From Vibrio phage phi 3, in sequence record KP280063.1: DNA of 32,000 nt, one strand, 5' to 3'. This document shows positions 10,701-18,934 of the stretch, piece after piece (position 1 is the stretch's first letter; each line of letters begins with the position of its first letter). The translations under genes and the position numbers were made by a program. The notes under the pieces were generated by a model, which was given only the letters and a program-made list of their open reading frames with translations, was not told where the DNA came from and searched no databases.

Positions 10701-10809
10701 TTTCTATTTGCTGTATAGTAGCAGATAGAGCTTCAAGGGACTTTTTACCTTTCTCAGCCCCCTGAACGCTCACCTTAACTATTAGCCGTTCGATAAGTCT
10801 TTCGGCCAT
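7735..10809 (-). CDS. tape measure protein (T5 pb2-like position)
   Basis: 1024 aa, largely helical, hydrophobic Ala-rich stretch near the C-terminus (STAVAVMSAAANPWPLPAIPLMAAAALAGGLAYAQ), located between chaperone and distal tail genes. Confidence 0.85.
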   Translation of the reverse strand: MAERLIERLIVKVSVQGAEKGKKSLEALSATIQQIENDAFEFNTQIRLMDKNLNKLSVSASEASRRLSNLNFGFNSDSITSSLSNIEGLLETVAIEAVDFNESLTRVNNDLIKGFSFLAESLGVDLERIQDGLYDVGTEAKRTGDKMESVTAGATRSARAMANQNRQGRNNARTFSDIARVAGPLPLIYANIAANAFALAEAYRLLTEGEQLSRLEKVGTILGGQLGTPVQFIARNMQELTGYALSYGDAIRQAAAAASYGFNSEQIDQLTMAARRASIALGIDMQDAMNRVVRGTSKLEIELLDELGITTKLQTAYEKYARSIGVSADSLNDYQQRAALVNEINRQSVERFGALDATLRDGAPWEKFGANAASAWQRLMKNISEATSGIAEFFNTIDEKNNKAARILEQNQALLGSLAQATERSGQLGVILEMSKELERLTKERDKLIETGPDKSWNILGDKNRYNDQLSALDRSIKAIVEAMASTDLGAPNIEKASNAYANLTSVVRGTVDEYDKGLTSIKGQSESYVVLYTNIDNIVKAYEAIKNSDPLADLSKALTSLQFSSEAALYNARDLAKAYKEAKEFGEALAGSNPVTEELMRLTGSDALDIERVSTGKELAATEMLLQASKDIGVEESKLAALYGKAADLRVKMLDIDIKRVDAATQRTITEQEILRASGPGLLLTKDLLAIEKQRLELLKGIEGSQEAQEQSAIRIRQIQNDINAARLQEYMGIMESSLSNLFSYGTGIDQLTNSLNKLSLSFNQVGETSMTAMQMTGVGLQAFQGMLAYTSAQTVSSIEAQIAAEQKRDGKSKESLARIKSLEEKKIREQKKAAQQQILISTAVAVMSAAANPWPLPAIPLMAAAALAGGLAYAQASSASANQLAGLNEAGLSQASLTVGNRENNIDVSKNASMGELAFIRGERGVGSANSFSPRAAGGTGTPYSSLIVGENGPERITPLSPINIERAEDSNSSSARSSTAMIGQMVIQALDAQSVIDRATEIYEAVNHEAKRRGQSLDRLS

Positions 10810-10821
10810 CTATTCACCACC

Positions 10822-11577
10822 TTATGATAGTTTGATGTTTCTGATATAGCTTGGGTCAGCACCAACACCGACAGTTAACTGGGTTACCATATTGGTCTTG
10901 CCAGAACCAGCCTGCCTGTCTTTTTCAACGCCGTAAATGGAACCACCATATGCCACACCTTGAGTGTGTAGAACAACCATACTTGCGTCAGACATTCCAG
11001 CAATAGGCACTAACTTAACACACCCTTCTTTTACTAGCTCTTTGTGTGCTGCCGTCATAGAACCTAATACAGCTACATAGGTTGGCCAAGACATTAGGGC
11101 TAGTAGTTGGCCGTCTACGGCCAGAACCTGGTAGCTCATAGACTCTAGGGCACTAAGGATAGTATCAAAAGTTTTAGCTGTGGGCACGCCAGGATTTACA
11201 GGGAAGTTGGTTTCGTTTGACAGATAATCCGCAATATAGTTCTCAAATTTTATTGCAGCCTGAGATATTAAAAGACTGTCCAACACCTGCTCGATATTAA
11301 CCATAGTATCTTCATCAGTCTCGTCTGTAAGCTCTGCTACGGATGAAATTAGCTCTTTCACAATGTCAATAGCCCCTACAGTGAAAGTTGTTGCAGTGTC
11401 ATCAGGTACCTTGACAAAAGGTATATGCGTATACTTACCGGTTAGAGTAACTTTTCGAATGGTTTTTAATGCCATACTATTGTCGATAGTTGACTGTAGT
11501 AGTGCTTCAACTTTGTGAGTTGCCTCAGGGGCTACAGTAATAGACTTCTGATAGTCTTTAAAATTCTTGATAGTCAT
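10822..11577 (-). CDS. unknown tail-module protein with possible HK97-like capsid fold
   Basis: 251 aa; sequence pattern shares elements with the window's own MCP (ELTDETDEDTMVNIEQVL... vs YMTDETEEDAIMTLLPII...); see findings. Confidence 0.45.
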   Translation of the reverse strand: MTIKNFKDYQKSITVAPEATHKVEALLQSTIDNSMALKTIRKVTLTGKYTHIPFVKVPDDTATTFTVGAIDIVKELISSVAELTDETDEDTMVNIEQVLDSLLISQAAIKFENYIADYLSNETNFPVNPGVPTAKTFDTILSALESMSYQVLAVDGQLLALMSWPTYVAVLGSMTAAHKELVKEGCVKLVPIAGMSDASMVVLHTQGVAYGGSIYGVEKDRQAGSGKTNMVTQLTVGVGADPSYIRNIKLS

Positions 11578-11600
11578 TATGAGTTTTCTCCTAATAAAAA

Positions 11601-11623
11601 GCTCTGAGGGGGTACCTCAGAGC
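11601..11623 (-). terminator. intrinsic terminator upstream of the 251-aa gene
   Basis: GCTCTGAGG-GGGTA-CCTCAGAGC perfect 9-bp stem; on the minus strand followed by TTTTTATTAG. Confidence 0.85.
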
Positions 11624-11660
11624 AAACTCGTGGAAATGCCCTTGAGGACTCTGTAACTAC

Positions 11661-12068
11661 TTACTGACGAGAAGCCTTCTTAGCAGCGGCTTTGAATCGC
11701 TTAACTTCGCGCTCTACTGCCTTCTTGTCAATAAATTGTAGAATTTCCAAAATTAATTTTTGATCTTCCTTATCATAAATTTCATAGATAGAGAAGAGAG
11801 TATCTAGGCTATTTATATCCTTACCAGAGTACAGAGGACCTAACTCGGTCGAAACCAATCTATCAGGCAACCTATTATATAAGTTAACAGCAGTCTGTAC
11901 AATATCTGGAAAGTCTTCAAGCTCTAGAGGCATGAGGTTTGGGTCAGGCTTTGTATTTTCCAAGGCACATATCTTCAAGTAACGTGCCTTGGTAAATGAA
12001 TTTTGCCTATCTAGTAGAGTCTCAAGACTCTTGAACAGGTGATTTTTCCCTTTTTGTACGAAACCCAC
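11661..12068 (-). CDS. tail assembly chaperone C-terminal part (GT-type extension) or separate small protein
   Basis: 135-aa ORF with GTG start overlapping the previous ORF by 47 nt in another frame; lies before tape measure region as lambda G/GT. Confidence 0.55.
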   Translation of the reverse strand: MGFVQKGKNHLFKSLETLLDRQNSFTKARYLKICALENTKPDPNLMPLELEDFPDIVQTAVNLYNRLPDRLVSTELGPLYSGKDINSLDTLFSIYEIYDKEDQKLILEILQFIDKKAVEREVKRFKAAAKKASRQ

Positions 12069-12456
12069 CTATCTTAATTAGGTTTGCCCCCACCCAGGCG
12101 TCAAAATGCTTGGAGTACTTTATTAAAGTAACGGCATTCTCTGGTGAGTATGGAACTTCTTCGCTCATGTCCTCAATACCTGAATCATCAATAACCATCA
12201 AGTTGGACAGGATCTCATACGTTAGACCAGACCAGCCGGTTACTACCTTTGAAGCTAGTAGCTCCGAGAATTTATCCTGATCGAACTCTTGGTAAGGTAG
12301 GTCAGCCTTTTCATCAACCTTGACCACCATAGCTTCTTGGCGAAGTTTAGCTTCCTCTGGTTTTGAGATATAAGTTAGCTTCACTTTAAAGTTCTCAAAT
12401 AGGGGGAAAGAGAATTCGACTTCTTTTGTTTTTAGAGCAATATCACTCAATTTCAT
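12022..12456 (-). CDS. tail assembly chaperone (G-like)
   Basis: 144 aa; good SD (GGAGG) before ATG at 12456; position between tail tube genes and tape measure. Confidence 0.6.
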   Translation of the reverse strand: MKLSDIALKTKEVEFSFPLFENFKVKLTYISKPEEAKLRQEAMVVKVDEKADLPYQEFDQDKFSELLASKVVTGWSGLTYEILSNLMVIDDSGIEDMSEEVPYSPENAVTLIKYSKHFDAWVGANLIKIGGFRTKREKSPVQES

Positions 12457-13337
12457 ATAGTAATTCCTCCGAAATCTACTATTACGTTTTTAGACATTTC
12501 CATTAAAGTTATATCCAGTGCCTCAACAAATACATCGTCAGGCTCTAGGCGTTTTAATAAATGGACTGAATCCATTTTAATTGTAACACCGCTATGGTGT
12601 GTATGCAAGTCAACTATTATAGGTTTATTACTAGGTATTACTAGTGACTTAGTTGCATAAAGGTTGATAGTACCGGTCATAGACATGTCGGATACTACCG
12701 CCCTAGAGGGTGTGTAAACTTTACCAACATCATGAATACCCCTATCCTGCCTCCAACTCACTGAGTTTTTGGTGTTAAAGGACGCTGAGGTTACATGATT
12801 AGCTAATGTAGAGTTTATAGATATTTGTATAGGGCTAGGAGGTAGCGGAGTGGCTTGCCTGTGTGTCATGCCTACGCCCTCTACTTTTACCCCCTCATCA
12901 ATACTAGATGCTGTGAAGCTAACTGATAGTGATTTAGGCGAGGCCTTAGCCATAGGTAAGTCTATAGACTCTATAAATGCTGTGCGTACAGCTACGTTCT
13001 TGTTAGGGTTTAGTATATAGATAGTACATGGCTCTATAATAGGCACAGAGTCAGGGTACTCATATACATTGTTACCTAGCTTGTTCCATCCAGCAATCTC
13101 GAAAAAGACCGACTCTATATATGAGTCCGTTATTAGTACTTCCATACTAAAGTTAGCCGTATTCTTAGCACCAGATATAGTAACAGGCTTGGCTGAATTA
13201 TTATGTAGTGTCCTTCTAGGGTTGGACGTTTTCGAGAATGTTTGAGAGAAGTCAAAAGATGGTAGGGCATCAAATAGATACCCTACACCTTTATATACAA
13301 CTAAAATCTCACACTCTCGTTTTAGAGTGTAAGTCAT
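12453..13337 (-). CDS. tail tube-related protein (possible T5 p140-like tube completion protein)
   Basis: 294 aa; tail-tube-like beta-rich sequence immediately after the major tail tube gene. Confidence 0.5.
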   Translation of the reverse strand: MTYTLKRECEILVVYKGVGYLFDALPSFDFSQTFSKTSNPRRTLHNNSAKPVTISGAKNTANFSMEVLITDSYIESVFFEIAGWNKLGNNVYEYPDSVPIIEPCTIYILNPNKNVAVRTAFIESIDLPMAKASPKSLSVSFTASSIDEGVKVEGVGMTHRQATPLPPSPIQISINSTLANHVTSASFNTKNSVSWRQDRGIHDVGKVYTPSRAVVSDMSMTGTINLYATKSLVIPSNKPIIVDLHTHHSGVTIKMDSVHLLKRLEPDDVFVEALDITLMEMSKNVIVDFGGITI

Positions 13338-13343
13338 AGCTTT

Positions 13344-14807
13344 TTAGCTCACTGTGACTGTAACTTCGTTAGACGTTACACTTTCACCGCCGGAGTTGAA
13401 TACAACTACCTTATACTTACCTGCTGCCGCAGTAGTTACGCCACTCTTAGTGTAAGTAGTAGCTGTAGCTCCTGGGATAGGTTGACCATCCTTGTACCAT
13501 TGAGCTCTAGCAATGTTAGTACCTAACACTGTTAGTGTTAGTGTGCCTGCTGGCGCAACTGTTTGGTTGGTTGGCTGTGTAGTGATAGTAGGGTCTGGTA
13601 GGTAATGGTTTTCGCCATCTCCACTAGCAATAAGAGCATCAATCTCGTTTTTGGTGTACTTAGGACTTGTTCCAATGTACACTTCGTCACCTGCTGATAA
13701 CTCAGTAGGTTGACCTTTGAACTCAATGCTAGTACCTAGCACATCTGCTGTCTCGATAGACGGAGAAGACAGGTGGGCAGTAGGTAGAACCACTACAAAG
13801 CCAGGAGATGCTTGAGTGTACACACCACCAATACACAGAGCCACTTTAAAACTGTTCTTAACTGGAATGGACTGCCTAGTTGAACAGTCATTTCCTTGAG
13901 TTGGTAGCAGTTTTGCTATAAGGTCTGCAACGTACTTCTTAGTGCCTACTTCAAGAGGGCTGGCTGAACGCAGATACGCTTCTACAGAACCAGATACGTC
14001 AAAAGTACCTGTAAAGGAGCCAATTGGGGTATCTACTCGTGATAGTGTGCTAGGAGTAAGATACGTGATATTGTTGTTGATAGTCAGAGAACCACCAGTG
14101 ATAGCAATATCGTACTCTTCCCCATCTGAGTTATCAGTGATTTTAAGAATAGTAAGTTTATTCTTAATATACGCAGCACAGTTGAAGATCTTATCAGGCA
14201 TTGTGAAATCAGGAGACAGGTGGTCAAATGGTGCAACTGAGCCAAGAGGTTCAAGTCTAGTACCCTGACCCGTCCAGGTAGTCATAGCAATACCTTCAAT
14301 ATCGAAGTTAATCTCTGCTTGACCAATCTGTACGTCTGTAATCTTATACCACTGCTTATCAACTAAATAGAACAGCGTTAGCTTTGTTAACTCATGGTAC
14401 TGGTTATCTCCAAACTTAACTAGCATGTTCGTTTTATTAGAGGTAACTCCGCCAGAGGTAGTAAGGTCTAGTGGAGAGCCGCTCGCAAGAGCATGCCACA
14501 GGGCATAGTCAGGTGTTAGTACCTGGTCGTCACTAGAGTCGCCGTTCCCTTTGTCATCTAGATAAGGTCTGATGTAAGTTGAGAAGTTCCAGTCAGCAGG
14601 GTTCATAGATTGGTTAAACCTAGCGGAACCGCGGGTAGGTGCTGGGCCTGCCTCACTCAGAGTAATGTCTGAGGTATTTGAGTTGTATGAGAAGGAGAAA
14701 TCTTCCTGAATCATTACTTCCCAAGTATTGTTTTTTGTAATAGCTTCACTACCTTTTGCGGTACTAACCCAAAGTCTAGTGTTGCGTAGTAATTGTACTG
14801 AAGACAT
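13344..14807 (-). CDS. major tail tube protein (T5 pb6-like) with C-terminal Ig-like domain
   Basis: 487 aa; SSVQLLRNTRLWVSTAKG...DITLSEAGPAPTRGSARFNQSMNPADWNFSTYIRPY...YALWHALASG...KLTILKI...DIAITGGSLTINNNITYLTP closely resembles T5 pb6. Confidence 0.92.
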   Translation of the reverse strand: MSSVQLLRNTRLWVSTAKGSEAITKNNTWEVMIQEDFSFSYNSNTSDITLSEAGPAPTRGSARFNQSMNPADWNFSTYIRPYLDDKGNGDSSDDQVLTPDYALWHALASGSPLDLTTSGGVTSNKTNMLVKFGDNQYHELTKLTLFYLVDKQWYKITDVQIGQAEINFDIEGIAMTTWTGQGTRLEPLGSVAPFDHLSPDFTMPDKIFNCAAYIKNKLTILKITDNSDGEEYDIAITGGSLTINNNITYLTPSTLSRVDTPIGSFTGTFDVSGSVEAYLRSASPLEVGTKKYVADLIAKLLPTQGNDCSTRQSIPVKNSFKVALCIGGVYTQASPGFVVVLPTAHLSSPSIETADVLGTSIEFKGQPTELSAGDEVYIGTSPKYTKNEIDALIASGDGENHYLPDPTITTQPTNQTVAPAGTLTLTVLGTNIARAQWYKDGQPIPGATATTYTKSGVTTAAAGKYKVVVFNSGGESVTSNEVTVTVS

Positions 14808-14830
14808 GTTTAAATTTAGCTCCTTATGTT

Positions 14831-15316
14831 TTAATACCTTTTACTTCTCTCGTCGTATAAGACTGTAAGTAATATTTCGCCCACGGCATAAGGCCTTAAA
14901 ACACCTTCATCTGTGGTTACTTCTTGTAAAGTTACCTGAGTTACAGTGCCTTTTTCGATTGGACTAGTTGAGTCAGCACCTGGTTTTAATATATCATACT
15001 CGAATTCTTCATTAAGATCAATGAAAGTTTTTATATCTTCTATGATTTTTTCCAACTCCTCGGCACTGGCATCCTCATTCCTAACATACACCCTTATAAA
15101 GTAGTCTGATTTTAGCCACCTAAACCCTCCAGGAAGATATGTAGGCCTCTCAGACCCTGCGCTAACAGTTATAGCAGGGAAAGTCTCAATTTGTGATAGG
15201 AAAAGCTGGTCACCAAATACTTGGCCATCTATATCTGTCCAGTAGTTGCCAGTACCGTTTAATTCTTGCTTTAGTTTTTCAACTAAAGAGGTTCTAATGC
15301 TTATTCTTCTTGACAT
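14831..15316 (-). CDS. tail terminator / tail completion protein (T5 p142-like)
   Basis: 161 aa; tail terminator-like (PAITVSAGSERPTYLPGGFRWLKSDYFIRVYVRNED...), correct position. Confidence 0.65.
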   Translation of the reverse strand: MSRRISIRTSLVEKLKQELNGTGNYWTDIDGQVFGDQLFLSQIETFPAITVSAGSERPTYLPGGFRWLKSDYFIRVYVRNEDASAEELEKIIEDIKTFIDLNEEFEYDILKPGADSTSPIEKGTVTQVTLQEVTTDEGVLRPYAVGEILLTVLYDERSKRY

Positions 15317-15318
15317 AG

Positions 15319-16080
15319 CTACTTCCTTTGTTTGACCTCTACCCTATAACCATTATAGAACAAGTCTCTAGCGGCTTTGGCGATAGCCTCACCAATATGT
15401 ACCTGAGGATTTCTAGCACCTGGCCAAGGCCTTGAATGCATTTCAGGCCTAGTAGATACCAGTGGGTCGAATGTTGCGTACGGATAGGTCATATAAGTGT
15501 AAAATATTGACAGCCTAGGCTTAGACCTTTTATTAGCCCTAGGAATATCGTCAGCTTCTTCTGTCATGGAGGTTACTTGAAGACTGTTGGCAAACCTACC
15601 AGTTCTGAACTTCAAGGGCGCATTCTCTTTCTTCATCTGCTTTATCAGGTAATTCTTAGCCAAAAGCTCCAAAGTCCCTCTAAGGTTCCCAATACCTATT
15701 CGGGTACCTGGGCCTACCTTTAGCACTTTGCTCTCCTCTAGGCTCTCTACAGAGTCACCTAGCGAAATAGTTACATCACCCGTGGTTTGCTTACGTCCTA
15801 CTCTGCTCCTGGGTATTCCCATCTCTTCAAGAATTTGGTCTATAACACCTAGATTTTCAGCCATTAGGCTTTCTGCTAGTGGTGCTAACATTCTTCTTAC
15901 TTTACCACTAAGCACAGACTCTGGTACAGGATTCTTTAAATCCATAGTAACTGTGGCTACAGTTGAATCTACTCTACTATCTTTTGTAGTAATAGTGTAC
16001 TTAACACGGTTATTAGCAACGCCAAGCTTATCATCTGATAATGCCTCAGAGACTATATCCTTAAACATTTTGGAAACCAT
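15319..16080 (-). CDS. head completion / head-tail joining protein
   Basis: 253 aa; gp10-like features (LKFRTGRFANSLQV...), position between connector and tail terminator. Confidence 0.55.
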   Translation of the reverse strand: MVSKMFKDIVSEALSDDKLGVANNRVKYTITTKDSRVDSTVATVTMDLKNPVPESVLSGKVRRMLAPLAESLMAENLGVIDQILEEMGIPRSRVGRKQTTGDVTISLGDSVESLEESKVLKVGPGTRIGIGNLRGTLELLAKNYLIKQMKKENAPLKFRTGRFANSLQVTSMTEEADDIPRANKRSKPRLSIFYTYMTYPYATFDPLVSTRPEMHSRPWPGARNPQVHIGEAIAKAARDLFYNGYRVEVKQRK

Positions 16081-16081
16081 A

Positions 16082-16624
16082 TTATAGATTCCTGTGTAAG
16101 TCTAGTATAGTTCTAACGTGGGGCGGTAGGTTTTTACCAGTTATGAAGCTAACAGATGCACCTGATGCTGTTATAGACTGAACGTTATACTCGTCCTTAA
16201 AGTAGTACCTAGTCAGCAACTTTGCCGCAAGCTTGAGGTCTTCGGTGACAGCATTGTCTGCTGTGTACTCTATCACTAACAATGCTCTATCCTGTATCTC
16301 TACTGGTGGGAAAATTATATCAATCCTACCAGAGGGCGCTACTACAACGTCCTCTAATGGGATGTTATATACGTTTTTAAACCTGTCTTTGTAAGTTATT
16401 GATACTAGCGAGAACTCTGTTGAAAAGTCAAGAAAGTAGGAGTTCCTACCCTTAGAAGTAACCAGTGTGGTGGACTTAGTGGCGCCTACGGGAGATATAT
16501 CATAACCTATATAGCCTTCGATAATCTTGGTTACAGCACCAAGTAGTTCTAGAATCCTAGCATCCTCTTTAGTACTAGTAGAGCCGATGAAGTCCTTGTA
16601 TTCTTCTACGGTAATTATCGTCAT
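16082..16624 (-). CDS. head-tail connector (gp6-like adaptor)
   Basis: 180 aa; MTIITVEEYKDFIGSTSTKEDARILELLGAVTKIIEGYIGYDI... typical adaptor N-terminus. Confidence 0.7.
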   Translation of the reverse strand: MTIITVEEYKDFIGSTSTKEDARILELLGAVTKIIEGYIGYDISPVGATKSTTLVTSKGRNSYFLDFSTEFSLVSITYKDRFKNVYNIPLEDVVVAPSGRIDIIFPPVEIQDRALLVIEYTADNAVTEDLKLAAKLLTRYYFKDEYNVQSITASGASVSFITGKNLPPHVRTILDLHRNL

Positions 16625-16639
16625 TTTATTACCTCCAAT

Positions 16640-16669
16640 AAAAAAGGGCAGGGCATAAGCCCTACCCTT
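16640..16669 (-). terminator. intrinsic terminator after MCP gene
   Basis: Minus strand: AAGGGTAGGGC-TTAT-GCCCTGCCCTTTTTTATT (one mismatch in stem). Confidence 0.7.
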
Positions 16670-16674
16670 AGTTA

Positions 16675-18084
16675 TTACGCAGCAGCGTAAGTTCCGGTTA
16701 CAACGTTGTTGTTGAAGTAGCGTTGTAGGTTAACACGTTGAGTAACGTAGTACGCATCACGTTGCTCGGAAGCACGGCGCTCATACTCAACTGTTACTGT
16801 ACGTTGACGCGGTACAACGAACTCATTGCGGTACACAATAGCACAGAATGGTACGTTAACTGCTTTAGCTGGGAAGTAGCTAGAAACTACTACAGGCAGA
16901 CCGTAGATACGACCAACTTGTCCTTGTAGTTTGATAGCTGCTGCAGCAGTTACTTGAGTAACGTCTTGCCACTCATCATCTTCCATCAGGTCGTAGTAAG
17001 CGTCCATAGAGACGATTAGACCAAGAGCATCAGTACGTAGGCCTTTCAGTCCCAGACGACGACGCAGAGCGTGAATCATCTTAGCACTTACTTTAACGGT
17101 ACCATCTGCTTTAGCAGCAGTAGCTACGTTGTTTCCATCGATCTTAGCTAGGTCTAGAAGACCAGTTGGGCGTCCAGTCCTTAGAGCTGAAACAGTACCA
17201 TCACCCATGAAAGCTTTTTCAATTGCTTGAACGTGAGCTTCGATTAGGTGGCGACGGATGATTGGTAGAAGAGTCATGATAGCATCTTCTTCAGTTTCAT
17301 CAGTCATGTAAGCTTTAGCAGCAAGCTTGAAGGTTTCGAAGGTGATGCTGGTTAGAGCAACAGTGATTTCGTTACCAACAGTAGTAGGCTTACCATAAGT
17401 AGAAGCGTCTACCCAAGTAGCGTCTTGCGCGTCTGGCTCGATTTGCATTGTGATTTTCTTGCTAGTCATTGGCAGTTCTTGGAACATTGAACCAACTACT
17501 AGAAGCTTTTGAATATCCCGTAGAATGCGGTTAGAGAACACAGTCTCGTACTCTTCACTAGAAACAGTGATTGAAGAGCTAGAGTTAACTGCTTTTTGTA
17601 GGTTTTCACCGAAAGTGGTTTCGAAAACGCCTTTCTTAGTGATAAAGCCAAGCAAAACTGCTTTCTCAGCTTCTGCTTCGAAATCTTCCTGTTTAGACAG
17701 GTTGAATGCTTTACCTACTGCTACTGCAATGCTATTCTTACCATCGCGAGCGTTAAGGATTTGTGCAATTTCTTCAGACTTAGCAGTAACTTGGTCTTGA
17801 ACTTCTTTCAGCTTAGCTGCGAAACCTTCAACGTCGTTAGAGTTCAGCTTTTCAGTAAGAGCACCGATAAGTTTGATAGCGTCTTCTAGTTTTTGCTTCT
17901 GCTCACCAGTAGCAGCTTCTACTAGGGACTTAATACGTGCTTCTTCGGCTTCACGAGCAGCTTTTGCAGCTTTCTCTTGATCTTCACGCTCTTTGGCAGT
18001 CTTAATGTCCTTCGCTAGGTCTAGGATTTGGTCGATACCTAGTCTTTGTTGAAGTTCTAGGATTTCTTGTGCGGTCATTGGCAT
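16675..18084 (-). CDS. HK97-fold major capsid protein with N-terminal delta/scaffold domain (T5 pb8-like)
   Basis: 469 aa; coiled-coil Lys/Glu-rich N-terminus followed by capsid body; directly downstream of the protease. Confidence 0.88.
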   Translation of the reverse strand: MPMTAQEILELQQRLGIDQILDLAKDIKTAKEREDQEKAAKAAREAEEARIKSLVEAATGEQKQKLEDAIKLIGALTEKLNSNDVEGFAAKLKEVQDQVTAKSEEIAQILNARDGKNSIAVAVGKAFNLSKQEDFEAEAEKAVLLGFITKKGVFETTFGENLQKAVNSSSSITVSSEEYETVFSNRILRDIQKLLVVGSMFQELPMTSKKITMQIEPDAQDATWVDASTYGKPTTVGNEITVALTSITFETFKLAAKAYMTDETEEDAIMTLLPIIRRHLIEAHVQAIEKAFMGDGTVSALRTGRPTGLLDLAKIDGNNVATAAKADGTVKVSAKMIHALRRRLGLKGLRTDALGLIVSMDAYYDLMEDDEWQDVTQVTAAAAIKLQGQVGRIYGLPVVVSSYFPAKAVNVPFCAIVYRNEFVVPRQRTVTVEYERRASEQRDAYYVTQRVNLQRYFNNNVVTGTYAAA

Positions 18085-18087
18085 GGT

Positions 18088-18699
18088 TTAGTTTTCCTTT
18101 CTGATACCTAGCGCTAAGGCTAGCTTTTCTAATACATCAGGTTCGTTATTGGGTTGGCTATCAGAGCCACGAAGCTGTTTTCTAAATAATTCATAGTCAG
18201 AAGCATTAAGGCTCTTAGCTACTTCAAACACTGAATCTTGATTGCATGGAACTGAAACTACAGAGATCTCGTATAGTTCTAGTTCTTTGATTAGATAAAT
18301 ATCCTCGTTCTTCTTCCATTCAGCATCAAGAATCCTGAATCCGACACTGAAAGTTTTTAGGATACCATCTTTAATTAGGTTATAAACACCCATGTCAGCT
18401 TTGCTAATCTCGGCTTCGATAAGAAGACCAGCATCTGTAATCTCGTAATCCACCATCTTTCCAATCGGCTTAGAGTGGTTATGGAAGGCTAGGATTATAG
18501 GGTTTTTCTTGTAGTTAGTCATGGCTGACGGAGCTAACCAAGCATCTTTAGGGATAACATCGCCGGCTCGGTCACGAGTGACCGTGTTGGCGAAACCCCT
18601 GATTACTAGCTTTTCGCTTTCCTGCTCGTTAGCTGCTGCTTTTGTCTCAGCCTCGAAAAAGGCTGATAGGGAAATATCTACTGGGTTACTTAACTTCAT
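18088..18699 (-). CDS. prohead protease (HK97 family)
   Basis: 203 aa; IRGFANTVTRDRAGDVI...NPIILAFHNHSKPIGKMVDYEITDAGLLIEAEI...KTFSVGFRI..EISVVSVPCNQDSVFE. Confidence 0.88.
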   Translation of the reverse strand: MKLSNPVDISLSAFFEAETKAAANEQESEKLVIRGFANTVTRDRAGDVIPKDAWLAPSAMTNYKKNPIILAFHNHSKPIGKMVDYEITDAGLLIEAEISKADMGVYNLIKDGILKTFSVGFRILDAEWKKNEDIYLIKELELYEISVVSVPCNQDSVFEVAKSLNASDYELFRKQLRGSDSQPNNEPDVLEKLALALGIRKEN

Positions 18700-18934
18700 C
18701 TTGCTTTACCTCGGTTTTAGTTTTAGCACCTACAGGCTTAGCTAGTTTGGTTAAAAACTCTTCATACTCTGCACGAAACCTTGAGTAGTTTAGTGCATTA
18801 TTGAGGGTTTTGTAACGCCTTTCCAAATCCTTCCTAGTAAGCTCATTTTTAGGATTTGAGAAGAAATCCGTATGACTAGCAGGAAGGTTTTGCCCAAAGT
18901 CGTTATAAACCTTGTTAAAGTTTATGTTTGTCAC
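18686..18934 (-). CDS. small hypothetical head-module protein
   Basis: 82-aa ORF overlapping portal and protease ORF ends, same strand. Confidence 0.5.
   Translation of the reverse strand: MTNINFNKVYNDFGQNLPASHTDFFSNPKNELTRKDLERRYKTLNNALNYSRFRAEYEEFLTKLAKPVGAKTKTEVKQDEVK

Noticed and set aside
12001-12060. Classical -1 frameshift in the chaperone overlap
   Set aside because: The -1 frame after A AAA AGG terminates after about a dozen codons; only +1/-2 reaches the 135-aa ORF.
18583-18596. GGTCACGAGTGACC as a matS-like or operator site
   Set aside because: Does not fit the matS consensus and lies within the protease gene.
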